NCBI GenBank assembly: GCA_024137785.1
Contig: JAHRHZ010000034.1
Location: forward strand, 23,417,335 to 23,481,334
Direction of reading: 5' to 3'
From: Ginglymostoma cirratum
Taxonomy: Eukaryota
Length of the DNA: 64,000 bases
The position numbers were made by a program, and so were the translations under genes. Position 1 is the first letter of the stretch; each line of letters begins with the position of its first letter. This document shows positions 12,990 through 25,620 of the stretch, in pieces. The notes under the pieces are model-generated. The model did no database searches. It was not told the DNA's origin and was given only the letters and a program-made list of their open reading frames with translations.

Positions 12990-13290
12990 ATAGCAGATTT
13001 ATCGGGTCATACAGCACGGAAACAGACCGATAGGCCCAATCAATCCATGCTAAATATAATCCCAAACTAAACTAGTCCCACCTGCCTGCTCCTGGCAGCA
13101 AACATCCCACCAAACATTTCCTATTCATGTACTTACCTAAATCACTTTTAAATGTTGTAACTGTGCCCACATCCACCACTTCCTCAGGAAGTCAATTCCA
13201 CACATGAATCACCCTGTCTGTAAAAACATTCGGCCCCTTGTCTTGAAATTTCCCATCCTTGGGGAAAGACACCCACCATTAAAGCTATTT
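12990..13290 (-). mobile_element. CR1-clade LINE 3' end
   Basis: gtcatacagcacggaaacagacc...aactagtcccacctgcc...ttttaaatgttgtaa...caattccacac is the reverse complement of the CR1 3' end seen at 1130-1340. Confidence 0.7.
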
Positions 13291-13454
13291 TGTCATGAAA
13301 ATAAGTATGATAGTATGCTGATCAAATATTTGCACGAGCAAGTTTCTGTGCATCTACTGTTGGTTGCTCTAATGCTTTAGAATCCATTTGGCAGAAGAAT
13401 ATTGCGGTGAATTGTCAACAAAATACCTATTTTCTGCATATAAACTGACACTTT

Positions 13455-13572
13455 CCCAGCTACCAACAGTTCTGAGGAAGGGTCACTGGACCCGAAACAT
13501 TAACTCTGATTTTTTCTTAACAGATGCTGCCAGAACTGCTGAATTTTTCCAGCAACTTCTGTTTTTTTTTTA
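13455..13572 (+). mobile_element. Solo PLE-B terminal repeat with hammerhead core
   Basis: agtt-CTGAGGA-a-gggtc-actg-gaccc-GAAAC-att-aact (13468-13505), followed by cagatgctgccagaactgctgaatttttccagcaacttctg. Confidence 0.75.
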
Positions 13573-14857
13573 ACCTTTTCCTACATTAAACCCCTTTGAC
13601 TTGAAAAACATTTCAGCTCTTAGACTGTATGCCTAGAATCCAGAAAATTACCAGGCAAAGGCCAAATGAACTCTCTCATCCTGAACAATAGTTTCAATAT
13701 TCTAATTTCATCCAGTTCCTTTTAAAACCATTTTTGTTGAGCTAAGTAATAAAAATTCAACGTGTGTTTACTCCAAGGACTGTACCACTGAGATTTATTC
13801 AGGAAGCATACAAATCCATCATATGTTTACTTTAGATTAGTCTATAAGATGAACATAAGGTTATCATTAAACTCAACTTCTTAAAGTGTCTGCAGCAAGA
13901 GAAATTCTGGTACATTTTGTCTGATGTAGCAGTTACAAGGATAAAGCATAATTGTATGAAATTAGGAGAAAAGAACTCTGCACATCAGCATCGATATGCT
14001 TCAAAAAGCAAATGACAGCTAACCAATATATTTCTTCTGCAACTCTCAAGCTTCAAACCAAATGATTACTATAACTGACGATAACAGATTTGTAACCACA
14101 CTACTTTATCCTAATGTTTGAAAAAAAATCTTTCTAGACACTTGGGACGAGGCTGTCCTTCCTGTAAAGCACAGAATAGTAACAGTAATCACTGGGAGTA
14201 GCCAGCAAGCACTTCTTTTACTTCCCATAAAATCATTAAGAATTCAGCAGAATTACATTTGAGATGGCACTGCATGAAAAAGTACTGAGCTACACATAAC
14301 CAGAAGGACCTAAAAGTATACACATAGGGAGAGTCAGGCAAATTCAGCCCATCTGAAATCACGAGCGCACAAGATCTGAACTCTGCATCTCTCGGAATCT
14401 TCTCAATAACAAACAGACTTTTAAAAAGCCTCCTAAATGTGAACCTTTTTATTAACTTCTAATGGGTCCGAGGTATATATGCAATGAGATCATTGAGCAT
14501 CTTCCGCCAATGCTTTCTGGCAAATAGAACAGCATTTGTTACCGTGATACTCAGACCTCTACCAACTCAAAAACAAGCAAGAATCTTCAACAATTTATTT
14601 CATTCAGATGATTAGACCAGAAAGAAATTCTTTTAGCTTTTATGATACTTAAGAGTGTAGTCTGTTATTTGTGCATTAATAAAATCTATCCCACTTAACC
14701 TTTAATAAAGGGTTTTCTCTGCTCTTATTTTAATAGAAGCCTGATTTGTCAAATAAAATTAAAATACAATTACAAATATATCACAACTAAACTCCAGTTT
14801 TTGCATCTCTACTTTCCAAATGCTGATCCGCTGTTTATTCATCTGTTGATCGTCTGT

Positions 14858-15082
14858 AAAGGTAAAGTCCCCATAGTCCTAATGGAATATAGGGCTGCTC
14901 CATCATTAGACGGAGACAACTGGTAATGGTTTAACCCGAGGACATCATGCCTCAGTTAAGGGGGAAGGTTGAGAAAGAGAGCCGTACATGGTAACCTCAG
15001 CTGGTGCACAAATTGAACCCACACAGCTGGTAATACTCTGCATTGCAAACAAGTCATCCAGCAAACTGAGCTAACCAACCCC
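14858..15082 (-). mobile_element. tRNA-derived SINE (SINE-D)
   Basis: Minus strand begins gggttggttagctcagtttgctgga...gtgggttcaat (A/B boxes). A second copy lies at about 42990-43192. Confidence 0.7.
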
Positions 15083-15747
15083 TTACATAAGAAATTCACT
15101 CTCAACTCTTGAAGCTGTGCTCTTATCGAAAATATAAAACGTCATTTTTCTAAATCAAATAGCTTGGAGCATCATACATTGTATTTTCATCTGTTAACTC
15201 TAAGCCAACTGAATAAACACACAAGTCAGTCTTGCAAACATTTTAATGCCTGTGTTATCTAGGCAATTCTACAAAAATGGATTTGAACTCAGCAGGATGG
15301 TGATGGCAACTTCAAATAAGGAGCAGGTGCTCAATTTTTGTTTTAAAAATCCATGGAACATTTTCATCACTGGCTAATTAAACACACCCACCCAAATCTT
15401 GTGACCCGATTTACACTGCTTCCCATTACCTTCATGAAGATGGCATCTTGTCTTTGACCTCCATAGGATTTTTTTGAAATTTGTTACATTTATTCATTAA
15501 TGCCTCCAATCACAGTTAAGTCCTGTCTCTGCATGCAGACCCTTTATTGATGTGAAATGTGTTAACAAACACCATTCACCTTTCACCCCCACCCCACAAA
15601 ATCCCTCAAATTTGGAATTTGACCTGTGACATCATCAGCTCATACACTCATCAACCTTGTAGGCAAAAATGTTTGGAGTTGAAGGCCACAGGGTAAGTCT
15701 ATTTAACAGCAAGCATCATTATCACATTGCTGTACCAAAATTATCGG

Positions 15748-18200
15748 AACATAAGAAAAAGGAGGAATAGGCCATTTGGCCCCTCAAACCTGCCCAGCCA
15801 TTCAACAAGATCATAGCTGATCTGCCCCAGGCCTCAACCTCGTTTATATGCCAACTCTCAAGTCCTCAATGTATCAGAATCTAACTGCTTCTCAAATTTT
15901 TTTTAGTTAATTACCTCTACAACAATCTGGAGTAGAGACTTCCACAAATTTACTGCGCTGCGAGAGAAGAAATTGCTTTGCATCTCAGTTTTAAATGATT
16001 GTTTCCCTTATTCTGTAGCTATGTCCTTGAGATTGAGATCCCCCCACGAGTAGAAACACCTCAATACCCACCTGGTCAAGCCCCTGCGGAATCCTGTATG
16101 TTTCAATAAGATTCTCATTCTTTTAAACACTGAGGAATAAAAGCCTAACTTGTTTAGCAATTCTTGGTAAGTCAAACCCTTCATCCCACAAATCAGCCAA
16201 GTTGATCTCTTTTCAACGGTTTCCAGTGCCAGTTCATTCATCCTTAAATTGGAGAACTAAAACTACATGCAGTATTCCGGATGTGACCTCAACAATGACC
16301 TGTTCTTTGTAAGACGATCTGTTTTAAACCTCAAACCTTTCTTAGGTCCTCATCACCATATGTATGCCCACCTATTTGTGTACCGTTAGCAAATTTAGAT
16401 ATATTCTGCCACTTCCTCCAAATCACTAAAATAAACAGTACATAATTGAGGCCTGAGGAGTGATGACTGTGGAACTCCGCTAGATATACCTTTCCAACTT
16501 AAAGATGACACATTTCATGGAATCCTACAGCACAGAAAAGGCCCTTTGATCCATCGAGTCTGCACCAACAAAAACTAGTCTGTTTATATTTTTTCCCAAC
16601 ATCTTCTATATGTTATCCATTCCTCAACCATTACCTCCATGAGCCAGTACAAAAACTATCTATGCGGGCTCTTCTCAAATACCCGGCATTCCAAATACAC
16701 TACATCTATCAACTCCACTTTATGAACTCTGCTTGTTATATTCTCAAAGAAATCTAGCAAATTTGTAAACCATGATATCCCTTTCATAAAACCATGTTGA
16801 CTCCGTTCAACTATGTTAAGTCTTTCTAAATGTCGTTCATCTTCTTTAATAATGGACTCTAACATCTTCCTAACTACAGATGTTAGGCTCACTGGGCTAT
16901 ACTTTCCTGCTTTCTGTTTCACTCCCTTCTTGAACAGGGCTGTGACATTAGTGGTTTTCCAATTTGATAGAATCCTCCCAAAATCCAGTTGGTTCTAGAA
17001 CACTTTGACCAACGTCTCCACCACCTCTACAGCCACTTCCAGGCTATCAGGTCCTGGTGACTTATCTGCCTTCAGTCCCAATACTTTGTCCCTCACGATA
17101 GAGACTGTTGCAAGATCTTTCCTCCCATTTGCAGCTTGCTTATTTCTTGTCTTTATCCTCCACCACGAATAGCGATGCAAAACATTGATTTAAATGATCT
17201 GCCATTTTTCTGTACCCTTTTCCACACCTAATTTAGCTAAACTTTTTTTAATACTCTTAGAAATCTTGTTGTTTGTTTTCATAGTTCACCAGTTTACTTT
17301 CACAGTCAATATTCTCCCACTTTATTAGCTTTGTAGTCATCTGCTGGTGGTTCAAAGACAAATTCCCGATCCTCTGGCTCACTCAGTGTTTGCACTTTGT
17401 CTGCCTCAGCTTTTAACTGGATACTTTCTTTGATACCCTCCTCATCGAATCCTTCTTTGTGGTCAGAATAAATTTTTACTGAGCATTACAAAACATTTGT
17501 TTAAATGTCTTCCGCTGCTCATCCATTTCCCCTTCGTTTATTTTCACAGCCCAATTTAAACAACTCTTTCTCCATCCCTCTGCAACTGCCCTAATTTATG
17601 GTGAAGAAGCTGGTGTGAGACCCAAGTTGCTCTCCCTCAAACTCAATTTCACTCTACTATGTTGTGATTGCTATCCCCTAGAGGATACTTTATTACAAGA
17701 TCTTTCACTGATTCTACCTCATTACACATAACAAGACTTAAAATAGTCTGCCAGACTCCCACCCATGACCTCTTTCCCTTGCTAATCTTTAATTCTACAC
17801 AAACTGATTCCATATCATTATCTACTGTACCTACTCATTGCTTAGCACTGCACTGATAACTCTCTTTATCAACCAATCTACCTCACCTTTTCCTTTTTGT
17901 CTACTCTTCTTGGGCACCAAATGCTCTTGAATACTGAGTTCCCACTCTTGGTCACCCTGCAGCCATGTTACCATAATAACCATCAAGTCTTATTAACTTA
18001 TTTCTGTTCGTACTGTCAACTCATCTTTTTTTACTATAAATGTGGTGTGCTATCAAATAAAACTCAAGCTTTGACCTTTTTACCATTAATGGCTTACTCT
18101 GCTTTAAAATCTACTGACCTCTTCTCTGTGTATTTTCTATCCCCTCCTGTTACACTTTATCACTTGCTTCTTTACCACCTTGCACCTCTGCTCTCCACTT
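15748..18200 (-). mobile_element. Old, fragmented CR1-clade LINE
   Basis: Minus-strand ORFs: KADKSPGPD; YSPVSLTSVVRKMLESIIKE...SQHGFMKG...TNLLDFFE...DVVYL; LETVEKRSTWLI.GMKGLTYQE.LNKLG. Confidence 0.8.
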
Positions 18201-18224
18201 CTGTTAAGAGTATTTTCAACTTTT

Positions 18225-19512
18225 TTTTAAGTTTATTCATTCATGGGATGTGGGTGTCGCTGGCTGGCCAGCATTTATTGCCCATCTCGAGTTGCCCTTG
18301 ACAACGTGGTGGTGAGCTGCCTTCTTGAACCACTGCAGTCCACCTGCTGTGGGTTGACCCACAAGGCCATTCGGGAGGGAATTTCAAGAATTTGGACCCA
18401 GCAGCAGTGAAGGAACAGCGATATGTTTGCAAGGAAGTATGGTGAGTGGCTTGGAGGGGAACTTGGAGGTGGTGGAGCTCCCATGTATCTGCTGCCCTCG
18501 TCCTTCTAGTTGGAATTGGTCATGGGTTTGTAAGGTGCTGTCTCAGGATCTTTGGTGAATTTCTGCAGTGCGTCTTATAGATAGTTGATCACAGAATCGT
18601 AGAAGATCATAGAATCCCTACAGTGTGGAAGCAGGCCATTCGGCCCTTCAAGTCCACATGACTCTCCGAAGACCAGACCACCCAGATCCCCCTCCCCAAC
18701 CCTATCCATATAACTCTGCATTTCACATGGCTAATCCGCCCAGCCTGCACATCCCTGGATTCAATGGGCAATTTCACATGGCCAATTCACATCTTTGGAC
18801 TGTGAGGCAGCAGTGCTAACCACTGAGCCATCATGCTGTACACACTTCTGCTTCTGAGCGTCGGTGGTGGAGGGAGTGGATGCTTGTGGATGTAGTGCCA
18901 ATCAAGTGGGCTGCTTTGTCCTGGATGGTGTCAAGCTTCTCGAGTGTTGTTGGGGCTGCACTCATCCAGGCAAGCGGGGAGTATTCCATCACACTCCTGA
19001 CTTGTGCCATGTACATGGTGGACAGGCTTTGGGGAATGTGTTACTTGCCGCTGTATTCACAGCCTCTGACCTGCTCTTGTAGCCACTGTGATTATGTGGT
19101 GAGTTCAGTTGAGTTTCTGGTCAATGACAACCTCAGGATGCTTACAGTATGGGATTCAGTGATGACAACACCATTGAATGTCAAGGGGCGGTGGTGAGAT
19201 TGTCTCTTATTGGTGATGGTCATAGCCTGGCATTTGTGTGGCATGAATGTTACTTGCCACTTGTCAGACCAAGCTTAGATATTGTCCGGATCTTGTTGCA
19301 TTTGAACATGGACTGGTTCCATATCTGAGAAGTCACTCATGGTGCTGAACATTGGCGATGATTGCACAAACATCCCCGCTTCTGACTTTATGACGGAGGG
19401 GAGGTCATTGATGAAGCAGCTGAAGATGGTTGGGCCTAGGACACTACCCTGAGGAACTCCTGCAGAGATGTCCTGGAGCTGAGATGACTGACCGCTAACA
19501 ACCACGACTATA
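18225..19512 (-). mobile_element. LINE-B 3' half, interrupted by an HE1-like SINE
   Basis: GQSSQLQDISAGVPQGSVLGPTIFSCFINDLPSVIKSE and AQVRSVMEYSPLAWMSAAPTTLEKLDTIQDKAAHLIG. The 3' tail on the minus strand is gatgggcaataaatgctggccagccagcgacacccacatcccatgaatgaataaa. Confidence 0.85.
18590..18830 (-). mobile_element. HE1-like V-SINE, internally deleted
   Basis: atagaatccctacagtgtggaagcaggcc...ctttggactgtgaggcagcagtgctaaccactgagcca. Confidence 0.8.
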
Positions 19513-19837
19513 CTTCCCCTCATTAATTAGTTTAAAATCAGACTACAGCACAAGTGTTTGTAGAAATTGGCTGAAATAGGTTTAAAACTCATAATTGCCC
19601 TGCATTGGCGGGTCAAGTAACGAGTATGAAGATTGTTATGTATTCATTGTCTAGTTGTGGCTTTTGCATTGCCTTTACCCTTACTTCTAGACATAGTGAA
19701 ACAGCAGCCTCTGAAAAAAGGCTGGAACTCTCTGTCTGGGTTGGGCTGACAAAAGTTAGCATAAACTGAGCAGAGTCAAACTCCAATGTTTGCTCATTTC
19801 TCCACATGCCACCGTAGAGTCTGAACTGCATGAGGGA

Positions 19838-20068
19838 CTTCTTCAGCCAGACAGTGGTGAATCTATGGAATTCACTGCCACAGATGGCTGTGGAGGCCCG
19901 GTCATTGAGTACGTTTAAGACTGAGATAGATAGGTCCTTGATTATCAAGGGTTATAGGGAGAAAGCAGGAGAATGGAGTTGAGGAACTTATAAGCCATGA
20001 TTGAATGGCGGAGCAGACTTGATGGGCCGACTGGCCTAATTTCTGCTCCTATGTCTTATGGTCTTATG
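19838..20068 (+). mobile_element. CR1-clade LINE 3' end
   Basis: ttcagccagacagtggtgaatctatggaattcactgccacag...gatgggccgactggcctaatttctgctcctatgtcttatggtcttatg. Confidence 0.75.
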
Positions 20069-21012
20069 TACAGTGTATAAAGATATTTTATGAATAAAGT
20101 TTATTTTGGAAATAAAAACTGAAATGTGAAAATCATAGAAGGTTAGTTGAAGTTATTGTATTTATTGTATCCCACGCTGGAGAAGACCGACTGATTTTTT
20201 TTTGTCATCCATAGCTAGAGAATTCCCACAGCTTTTGCGCATGTTGAGTACAGTGTCATGTAACCCAGTTAATGCCCATTTGTTTCTGACTTGACTCGCA
20301 TAAACAGTTCAGGAGAGAGAAAGGGCAAGTAGTGGGGAAGAGGCAGCCCAGGGGGTGGGAGAACTGATGAGCTAGTGAGGCAGTAAGTGGCCTACAACAA
20401 GTTAGCACATTCCCGTCACAGGTTAAATTTATTCATTCTAATCGTTATTTTGTTTATGGATGCAGATATTTAGGAACGTACAGTACTTCAGTCTACAGGG
20501 TGTAATACTTTTTCTGTCAGGAAAGCTAAGTAAAGCTTTTACATGGGTCATTACAGAAAAATCTGATTCGCCTCATGTTGTCTCATTTAAAGCTGCACTC
20601 ATTGGGAATGCAGTTAGAATGTTAACTGACAATTACTTTTGGATTCATTCGAAGAAATAATAACAAAGTGAAAGTCTCTACATGTATATCGCTCATTCCT
20701 AGCACAGAAAGATCAAGTCCAAACATACTTTCTAGCATTTTCAACAACCATCATTTCTCTAACTGGTTGGCAGTGGGAAAAATCAAGGAACTGAAATTTC
20801 TTCCAATAGATGTAACACCATCAGGTATTTGATTGTTCAAGAAGAAAACAAGCAACATGAATCGTTGAAAGCTTGTCCTATGACTGAGTGGCTTCCATTC
20901 TGGTAATCATAGATAGAGTGCTGGTAGTGAACTTTGCTTCCACTAACATTGTTGGTCTTTAGCCTTCAGTTTGGTTGAGGCTTATAGTAACAATTTGGTA
21001 CAATACAATATA

Positions 21013-21108
21013 TTCCTGCTCCTATGATGCTGCTTGACCTGCTGTGTTCATCCAGCCCCATGCTTGTTATCACGGATTCTCCAGCATCTGCAGTACCTTT
21101 TATCTCTG
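21013..21108 (+). mobile_element. 96-bp solo PLE-A terminal-repeat insertion
   Basis: Matches the 3' ends of the PLEs at 45696 and 62640. Flanked by the 10-bp direct repeat atacaatata (21003-21012 and 21109-21118). Confidence 0.85.
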
Positions 21109-22026
21109 ATACAATATAACACCCTTCTCTGTTAGGATAGTAAACTAAAGCCACATGCTATCCTGAACCAATTTTCCACTTAAAGACTCCTGCTGCATTT
21201 TGTTAAGCAGCTTATAAACACAAAATTACCTATTAAGAAACAGAGACATGAGGCATGTTGCAGTCAGGCATCTATTCTTTTGGTTTATTCAAACACATCA
21301 CTCAGAAGAGGCCTTGCTTATTGCAGAACTGCATCTTAATTAAGTGTCAAGGCTGATGGATGAGGAACAAAATTGCAACCGAGCACCTTCGAGTCTGAAA
21401 GCTGAAAGTGACCTGAGAATATGACCCAACAATCATGTGATTTGTCAACGATAAAGACTTTCCTATTGACACAGCACATGATCACACCTCCGAAAACATT
21501 CCAAACAATGGACTGGCTTTTCAAAAGTTTTTAAAGCTCAAAACAACAACTAATGAATAAATAAGAAGAAAACTTGTTTTGAGGTATTGTTTAAGGAAAA
21601 CGACGCCCATCACTCCAGGACAAACTCCCCTTCTTCAAAAAGTGCCATGGGATTTTTACATATATTCAAATAGGCAAAAAGGGACTCAATTTAATGTTTT
21701 ATCAAAAAGACAGTAGTGTTTTGTTGCAGCAAACTCTCAGCACTTCTCTGCAATATTTATGCTCTATAAGGTATGCTCAACTCACTCCTGGGTTTACATC
21801 TTTAAAGTTCTGGTCATGTGTGAATATTTTATTGGAATTGAGCGGGTAGTAACAATGAAAAAGCGAGATAGTTGTAAACTGATATAATGGAAGCTTAAAG
21901 GCTAAACTGATCATTAAGGTGTTTTATGACTTTTATTTCTTATTATTGCACAGCAAGGTCAAATTCAGTCAAAAATTCCTATCAATAATGGAGCATGTTC
22001 AATATTATGCATTTTCAATTACTCAC

Positions 22027-22101
22027 CGTCTGTCTGAGACTTGCTCAAGAACATGGTACTAGCTCGAGGGTGGTCCGAAGGGTTAAATTCCATGTTTAAA
22101 T
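22027..22101 (-). CDS. CCNY: Cyclin Y exon 2 (75 nt): (D)[24 protein letters not shown]
   Basis: Minus strand reads ttttttttcccttag|ATTTAAACATGGAATTTAAC...TCTCAGACAGACG|gtgagt, phase 1-1. The peptide matches human [29 protein letters not shown] as I recall it. The DLNMEF start favours CCNY over the paralog CCNYL1. Confidence 0.96.
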
Positions 22102-22189
22102 CTAAGGGAAAAAAAATTGAAAAAATAATTACTGTTCAGACAAAGTAGTTAGCATAATCAGTATCTCATCCATTAGCTCAAGCCAACTA

Positions 22190-22690
22190 CCACGACTGCT
22201 GTGTATACAATCACAGGATATTCTGCAGCATATTATCAAGACTGCTTTGGCAACAACTCACAAACAGGTTACCTCCATCACTCAGACAAACAGGGCAGTA
22301 GGCGCTCTAGTCACATAACTCCAGCATATACCATTACTCCTTTATGGCTGCTGGAACAAAATCTTGAGATTTTGAGATGAATTCTCCACCTAAGTCGCAT
22401 CCCAAGCTGGCCATCTTCATCTCTCATTATACATTGCCACTCACCCATTCCCTGCCCCCAGGGTAAGCAAGGCCATGAATCTGACAACACAGGAGGCTAT
22501 AAGTCAGCTCATTCATTCTACCTGTGCCAGCTTTGTCAAACCTCAATGCCCCAGGCTTCCCAGATTTTCTTTCTTTTCCGAATACAGCAATGTGTTTTTC
22601 TCTTAACTGACTTCTGGGCAATTAGGGATGGGCAATAAACACTGACTTAGCCAGCGACACCCTCATTCCGTGAATGATCAAAAAAAAGTA
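22190..22690 (+). mobile_element. LINE-B 3' end, degraded and interrupted
   Basis: Ends with gggcaattagggatgggcaataaacactgacttagccagcgacacc...tgaatgatcaaaaaaaa. Confidence 0.55.
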
Positions 22691-23889
22691 CCCAATTTGC
22701 TTTTGCAAGTTAGTTCTACTTGAATGTACTTCCACAATCCACTCAGATAGTGCATTCCAGGTCAACATAATTGAGCAAAGATATTTTACTCAATTCTACA
22801 GCACTGTAGGAGGGGAGGAAAGGGGAAGCTACAGGAATGGCCTTTTTGTACAGGAAGTCTAATAATGAATCATTATTTAAAATATAGTATACAGAGTTCA
22901 CAAGAGAAATCACCACTGATAGGGAATAAATAGCTTCCCGTCCTCCTTACAGATGCAGTGAGTAAAATGAGCAGCAAACTGGCTGTTCCAGACTAACAAA
23001 AAGATGGGCTACCAAATTACCAGCTACCAACTAAATTTATTAATGCAATCACTGTCTACTTCAAAGTTCAGAGGCAAAATAAATCGAGGTGCACAATGAC
23101 TAAGCAAGTGTCTATTTGAACACCTACACATTAGGTCACTGGAACACCATTCATCGCAAACTTAAGTCACAGAAAAGGAAATAAAATTCACGTGTAATTG
23201 TGATGTATGTTTTTCATTTTAGATTTAATTGGTAGTAAATATTAAGCATTCCATTTGCCATCAATAAAAGCCAAGGCAAATCTCGCAAACAACAATCATA
23301 AATGATTTATAAGCCATCTGTGCCAGTTAGATAAAGTGAAAATAAAGTGGATAGGTTAGAGGTTAATCGATAGTTTGCTTGAAATCAGCTCATCACTTTA
23401 TTTTTTGCACGTGACTTAGAGTTATTCAAAACCTGGTACATTTCAGTAGCAAGGTCTCTCTTACACAGAGGGCTTACAACAAAGGTGGCATTCCAAACTC
23501 AGAGAGTCAAGTGCACTTTACCTGAGTAAACAGAGAATGTTTCACATGCATTCACTGAATGTTTATTTTCTAAGTGGAGATGATGACGTGGTGACATCTC
23601 AAGCTGTGTTACAGAAGCTACCTGCAGACATGACATGGTCGTAAAGGTGCAGGTGAGGAAGACCGTTTAGCGGGATCAAGATCATTCTTTCGTAGAAGAT
23701 TACTGTAACCCCTTCACATGTAACCTTCAAGGACTTCCATGCTCTCACCTCTAGGCCTCTCATTTGAAGATCTTTTCTAAGAGTCAACCTCCAGTATTCA
23801 CTACACAATGTCAGTCACAAATATGCTCTTTATTAGTTTTATCCCTTGTTTTTCATGCTGAAGCTGCAATTTAATGCAAAACACCACTT

Positions 23890-24270
23890 CGGTTTAATTA
23901 GATGGTCATTGTCTCAAGTCTCCAGGACTTGAGCACCAATCTTGGCTGAGTGTAGCGAGGAATCATTGCACTGTCAGACAGACCATCCATTCAGATGAAA
24001 TGTAAAATCAAGGACATGTTTTCCCCCTCAAATGGATGTAAGATATGTCGTACAATGAGGTGATAAGCAAAGCAGTAAGGAATCTTCGCCAATACAAGTC
24101 ACTCAACCAGCAAGACCGAAAAGGAACTATCTGATTATCCTCAGATCATCTTATTGCGAATAAATCAACTGCTGCACGTGGCTACTCAAGAAAAGTAGTT
24201 CATTTGTCGCAATTTACTCTTGAAACATGCTGAATGTGTGAAAGCCACAATATGAACATAAGACTATCCT
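23890..24270 (+). mobile_element. Deu-domain SINE (SacSINE1/AmnSINE1-like), old
   Basis: gaggaatcattgcactgtcaga...ttcagatgaaatgtaaaatcaagg...ccctcaaatggatgtaaga resembles the Deu core. Confidence 0.6.
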
Positions 24271-25484
24271 TATTTCCACATCAGAATGGTTCACTTGTAT
24301 TCACCTCGTTTTATGAAAAAGTTAGTTTTCTTTCCCCCTGTAACCTCTCCTTGCAACTCAGTCCCATACATCAGCCGCTTAAATATTTCTGCCCATCACT
24401 TCCAAAAATTAAATTGTGGTTAAGTTAAATAATTTGGAGTTTAGCTAAAAACAAAACAAATAAAATGTGTATGTAGCTACAAAGTTGCAAAATGCAGTTT
24501 TGTCTCAGAATTTGGAGCAAGCTTCAGTTTAGCACTTGTCATGTTGTTACTTGTGAGGTTATCACTTAATTACTTATTGTAAAAAAGGACTCCAACACAA
24601 TGTGTGATTGTAAGAGTAGGAGTACATTTGTTGCTATTTTGTTTACCTCATAATTTTTGAACTTTCAGCCAATATAAGCAAGAAATCCGATTTGCACTGC
24701 TAATCCTCTGACTTGACAAGAGAGTTGCTAAGGTTACAGATAGTCTTCACAAATGTGTTATTTATGCTGTTAGTGGCACATTTGGAAATAATTTAATCAT
24801 ACGGAATAATCTCCACTTTTCAGATATTAGTTACTCAGTACGTACCACATATTTTCAGGGCTATATATATTTTGTTTGCACTGAGAAAGTCTGCTTCAAA
24901 TTAGTTTGTGACTTTGTCGTTCTGATTTTAACCTCAGTGAAGTAAATGCAAAAGAAAATGTATCAGCATGGTGAGCAAATTAACTGATGAACAGGAAACA
25001 GTGTTACAGTGTGACTTCAACTTCTTAAAAAAACCATTCATGGGATGAGGACATCGCAATGCTGACATTAAAGGAGCAAGCAGCAAAATTAACATTTTGA
25101 GAAAACAAAGGTTGTAGGAATGGATAGACAACTATACATGAAATTTATTATAGTTGACTATGAGACACCAGATTCTGGGAGGAATAAAATTAGGAATGGT
25201 GTTGCATACGTAATGGAAAAACACAAAAGAGATTTGAATGCATCATTTCCTGATAGTGAGAGTGCAGGTGTACAAGACCAATGGAATTATGCATTTTATA
25301 AATATGGGATCGTTTTTAGTACAAATAATCCTAATTATGAATTTAAGCAAAATATTTGCTGGACCATTTATTGTGCCAAATGCACCTTGTGAAACTTCAT
25401 GACACAAAGGTTATCAAAATTGGACAGAACATTTATTATGTATTCACCAGGACAGTACAAGCTAGGTGACAATATTTGATGAGA

Positions 25485-25620
25485 AACTAAAATCAGATTA
25501 CTGCAGATGCTTGAAATCTTAAAGAAGAACAAGAAAAAGAGTAGAAAAACAACAGGCCACGTAGCATCTGGGAAGAGAAACAGAGTTAACTTTTCAGATC
25601 CATGACCGTACAGCACAGCT
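25485..25620 (-). mobile_element. Degraded PLE-B terminal repeat
   Basis: actgcagatgcttgaaatc...gcatctgggaagagaaacagagttaacttttcag resembles the reverse complement of 13495-13570. Confidence 0.5.
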
